From Octopus vulgaris (taxonomy: Eukaryota): DNA of 64,000 nt. The stretch is from contig OX597819.1 of the NCBI GenBank assembly GCA_951406725.2, positions 103,850,001-103,914,000 on the forward strand. The letters run 5' to 3'. A program made the position numbers and the translations under genes. Below, one piece after another: positions 58,875 through 64,000 of this stretch (positions are counted from its first letter, which is position 1; every line of letters begins with the position of its first letter). Under the pieces are notes generated by a model. The model did no database searches. It saw nothing but the letters and a program-made list of their open reading frames with translations, and was not told the origin of the DNA.

Positions 58875-61057
58875 GTAAGTTATTTTCTTATTGACTTAAG
58901 TTTCGAATTCAAATATGAATTTTCTGACATCAACGAAATATGATTGAAACAGAAATTACTTTTGTGAATTTATGTTAAAAGTTCATATCCCACTAATGTA
59001 GAATTGTCAATTAGACTCTCATTTGAAAATAGAAACCCGGTTTTTTTTCCCAATGTAGATACTGTTTGCTTTGAAACCTCACCTCGTAATGAAATTGTAG
59101 TATCGTCGTTGTGACATTCTGTGACCAGTCTTTTTCAACTAGTATGACGAGTACTAGATGCTGCATCTCAGCTTGAGGCTTCCTAACAAAATATATTAAC
59201 CCACCACGTTGCTGTGCTTGATAGATTCATCATATACTGATCAAAGAATGGTGCATGTCTATCATAAAAAAGATTTGATCGTATGTAAACTCTGTAATGG
59301 AGGCTGGATATGTTTATCAGTTTATCCTCGTACCTAATCCCTTTATATTGTGAACAGGTCTTAGGTGTTCCTCCTTCCGACGCATTACTGTGCATGCAAA
59401 TTCTTCAAGGGTATCATTCACCATTGACCTTCATCTCTTCAGTGGTTCAGGAAGATGTTGAAGTATAAAAGGAAAGGAATCAGAACTGAGAAACTGATAA
59501 ATATTAGGTAGCCACAGCATCAGTTGAACCTTGAGGTAAAGCTTGTATCTCCAGCGAGACACAAGCAAATTAAAAATTTGTATATATTATGTTTGATTAG
59601 ATTTTCATTGATACTTTACAATTCATTTGGATCCGGGTCTATGGCCTAACCTACAAACACAAGTAAAATTTGAAAACTGTTGCTGATAATCTTCGCATTT
59701 CCAATTTGTTTTCCTACACGTTAGTCACACATTGATTGATAAAGTACCAATATAATCAATAATGTCTTTTACATCGACTTATTTTATATGTACTTATTTT
59801 ATAATTAAATGGGTCAGATGTTGTAAGTAATGCAACATTTGAAATAAAACATGGAGGTAAAAATCAGTGTATGAAGACTGCTATAACACAAATCAAGAAA
59901 AATGAGGAGAAAGAATATTTTCCATGTACAAGATCAGACCTCTGACTGGTTATAGTGGGTCTTTATAAAACTGACAAGTCGGAGTTAAACCATGTCGGTA
60001 AAGCGAAATAATTGTCTAAACACTCATTATTACACGGGTCTTTTACGAGAACTTCTATACCTTTGGTACCAGTGTCGCGAAATATAACACTATTCACAAA
60101 TCTCTAGATTAAAAATAAATCAATATTGATATATGGATATAAGAACACAGATACTAGGCTATATACAATGTACCCACTGATGTTGCAGATGTGGTAGTGG
60201 ATACCAGTGCAACAGAGGAGTATTGAGTTGTTTTGAAGATATCTGAAATTATTTAGATTAGAATGTGACAATTGCGATGAAATGTTGATGAGGATAATGT
60301 CATTGCAAGCAATGTTGTTGAGAGGAAAATAGTATAGGGCAGAGTATTTTCAAGAGTCAGAATACTAAGGAATGTGGTTTTCAGCTGAGGATATTTATAA
60401 ATTGTCAAGTGTTAACATAAAGATACTATAAACGTATTAATCAAAAGCTGTTCTAGGTGTGACGCTCCTTACTTCTTATCTATGGAGGACTAAATCATGC
60501 AGCGGATTTATTATGTTTCATTAGTATGATACGATATCACAGCAAAAAGACAAATCTAATATGACATACCCTACTGAACACTTTTCTAAAAGAAGCATAC
60601 ACGTCTACTCTCAGAAAAGAAATTCAGAAAGATAAGCAACAACTCAGAATCTCTTCCTGCGCTAGACGTCTGCATGGCACCGTAAACTATTAAATGAATT
60701 ATAATACACAAACATATTATAAACACTGTTACAAAATAAGAATACATTATTTCGAATACATCAAGCCTAAAAATATCATTGCAATCATCTGCATTTTCAA
60801 ATACTCAAAACATGAAAATCCAGAAAATGGGTAGAATTTCAATAATTATACAAGATATTTTAAACTTAAATTTAAAACTATGACACAACCTCATTTCGTA
60901 ATTTGTTCGTTCTATGATCAACATTTGTACTATAGATTAATATGAATACTATTCATTCAAATGAACAGTGCGTCTTAGTTTATGGTGTAGCATGTAAAAT
61001 TTCATCATTATGGAATAAGTACTAAAGAACTAAAGGCAAAAACCTTCAATTTTGCAG

Positions 61058-61157
61058 TTACCAGAGATCCTCGGGAATGCATGGCAAGTTACCATCAAAC
61101 GTGCTTCAAAGCTGTAAGAGAATACCCAATACGGCAACCAGATTTGGAGTACTGCAA
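61058..61157 (+). CDS. Exon A3: (V)TRDPRECMASYHQTCFKAVREYPIRQPDLEYC(K)
   Basis: Acceptor ttttgcag, donor AA|gtacat (same as A1); 100 nt, the same length as A2, phase 1 to 2. Confidence 0.85.
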
Positions 61158-61197
61158 GTACATATACATATAGATTCATAAATACATACATACATAC

Positions 61198-61701
<504 letters not shown>

Positions 61702-61790
61702 AATATAATTTTACTGAATCTTCAGATTTTTCTATATGCTAAACTATTGGTTTTAAATTAATATTTAATTTTTCACCCTTATTATTTTAA

Positions 61791-61838
<48 letters not shown>

Positions 61839-62139
61839 CAGTTTTGGGGATTAATAGAGATGCGGGTATTTTATTTCAGATAATACAAAAAAATAACCTA
61901 ATGATTAGATCTGAAGGTAAACTCACGTAATCTATTTGCACATCCCGAAATAATACTTTAAAGGATATAAACAGTATACCAACAGGGTATAATATAATTC
62001 CTTAATTAACTCCTACTTACGTTAAAATTAAAATTATCAATGTCCACGTAAGAAACTGTACGATATGCAGATACATGTAATACTAAAGGGTTGTACCTGA
62101 TTGATTTCGAAATTCGTTTTTCCCAAATTATTTTAAGTA

Positions 62140-62188
<49 letters not shown>

Positions 62189-62564
62189 CATACATACATA
62201 TATACATACTTTCATTTCTACTTTTATTTTTATTATTATTGCTGCATCTAATGCTTATATTTTTATTTATTTATATAAATAAATACATGCTATAGTCAGT
62301 CAATGGACTAGTATATAAACAATTTCTGCTTCTGACTACTAATTATTTTATCATTCTCGGACGTATGGAAGCATAGTTAAGCTAAGTAGTTATTTGATCC
62401 CAGAATGTACATAACGTTTACAGATATTTTAAACTTGTAAATATTTCATCAATCAAAAATGGTCTTAAGTTCAATGTATTAATAAGCAAAATGTTGCTAG
62501 ATATATTAATCATTTCCTCTGTAAGTTTTGAAATAGTGTATTCTGATTTATTTTCATCATCCAG

Positions 62565-62656
62565 ACGCCTTGTTATATTAAAAAGATGTGCTGAACAAGA
62601 TAAGAACAATGCGTGCGTAAAATTCTTCAACAAAATCGCTGAGAATAACTGTCAAC
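62565..62656 (+). CDS. Exon B3: RLVILKRCAEQDKNNACVKFFNKIAENNCQ
   Basis: Acceptor ttttcatcatccag, donor C|gtgaga; 92 nt, the same length as B2, phase 2 to 1; lies within ORF 62491..62676; DKN motif shared with B2. Confidence 0.85.
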
Positions 62657-63364
62657 GTGAGAAACTTTTTAATTAATTGCATCTTATTTGAAAAGGTATT
62701 GCATTGATGAACTATATTCTGAATAGAAATTATTTTATTAAGTATTTTTTCGTGTTCATATCCCAGATGTATCGATTTTTCATTCAAATGAATTTAAAAT
62801 TTCAGAAAACAAATATAGTAAATAATGATTTACTTTCGACTCTAAAACTCCTGTTAGCTGTAGCGGCCATGTTCCAGAGCCCTTCTACGCTAATGATTTT
62901 CTTGTCTATTCCTTGATGTTATGATTCTATCTTTTTCTGTTTTCGCTCCTTCTTTGAATTCCTGTCACATTCGATTGAAGAATGTACTTTGAAAGTCTAC
63001 TGGACTATTTTGATATTACCAACATCATATACCCCAACTACAAAACATAATATAGAAAACTATATAAAATGATACCAAAACTGGAAAACGAACATATCAA
63101 TAAACCTGGAAAACTTGTAGGCTATGACAATTATAATTATTTTTGAATCCAACTAATCACCATCGTTTGCTCTGCGCATAAATCGCAATACCCTATACAC
63201 AATATCTATTGCGTCAAACCATGTATTGTAGATTACAAATGATAACATATATTAAGATCAGATTCATATGTTTTAATTTGTATTGTATGAGGTAATCTTT
63301 CCCGAAACTTTGAAGATTATTCATGTTATAATGAAATAATATGTTAAATCTGCATATGTTGCAG

Positions 63365-63455
63365 CGGTCGACAATTGCACAAATTCCTTCAAAACAAGTT
63401 GCCCTGAAGCTGAAAAAGTCTATCCCATATGGAACCCAGACGCGGATTACTGCGA
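63365..63455 (+). CDS. Exon A4: (P)VDNCTNSFKTSCPEAEKVYPIWNPDADYC
   Basis: Acceptor gttgcag, donor GA|gtaaat; 91 nt, phase 1 to 2; YPIxxPD..YC motif shared with A3. Confidence 0.85.
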
Positions 63456-64000
63456 GTAAATATATTACTTTACTGATCTTACATTTATTGTTACATGGAA
63501 TTTTTACATGTTTATAGTTTTAATCATACAACTAACTGTTAATTACATTGGTTTGTTGGAGTGTATTGGATTCAGTTAGAAACAGAAATTGATTGTTGCT
63601 AAAATACGCCGATCTAAAAATGATGCATATCGACAACAATCTGACTAATCAACGTTTAATCAATTAAGAATTATATGGTTAATTGCATATATTGGCAAAA
63701 GTTTACAAATGTGCACCTTAAACAAATAGTTCTTTAACAATTCCCGGCAATTTTCATAGATAAAATGTTATGCTTTATAAAACTAATGAGAACGTCTCAT
63801 CATTAAAAACGTGCTTCTCAGAATTTTGTTATGCATACGCACACAAATACGATTAATAAGCATTTTTCGTAGTTTTTCATTCTAATTATTCACTTTTAAA
63901 CATAATTTTCCGCGAAATGCACCAGTATTTTTAAAATTCAATCTTCATAGCCCGATGTTAGAAATCGGGTTGAAAATTATAGTTTATCACTTGGTAAGAA

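Noticed and set aside
62418-63450. Minus-strand ORFs overlapping exons B3 and A4, and similar ones at 57425..57643 and 59183..59395
   Set aside because: No motifs or consistent splicing; the plus-strand reading explains the overlapping ones by phase and Cys periodicity

Overview
AT-rich eukaryotic DNA dense in microsatellites and transposon debris. The SINE families and (TA)n/(TAA)n/(CATA)n landscape suggest a coleoid cephalopod, probably octopus (inference, not verified). Most ORFs in the supplied track are microsatellite artefacts. The first ~53 kb holds tRNA-derived SINEs, decayed LINEs (RTE, CR1-like, R4/Dong), Penelope-like elements, two hammerhead ribozyme motifs, Tc1/mariner elements and a ~1.5 kb inverted duplication. 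The main result is a spliced + strand gene at 53836-63455, which probably continues past the window and is not assembled by the ORF track. Seven small GT-AG exons alternate phase 1-2 and phase 2-1. They splice in frame into 3.5 tandem copies of a ~60-64 aa six-cysteine module (C-x7-C-x14/16-C-x8-C-x6/8-C-x11-C) that I do not recognise. It looks like a secreted, disulfide-rich repeat protein built by duplication of a two-exon cassette. Repeat-element boundaries are approximate.
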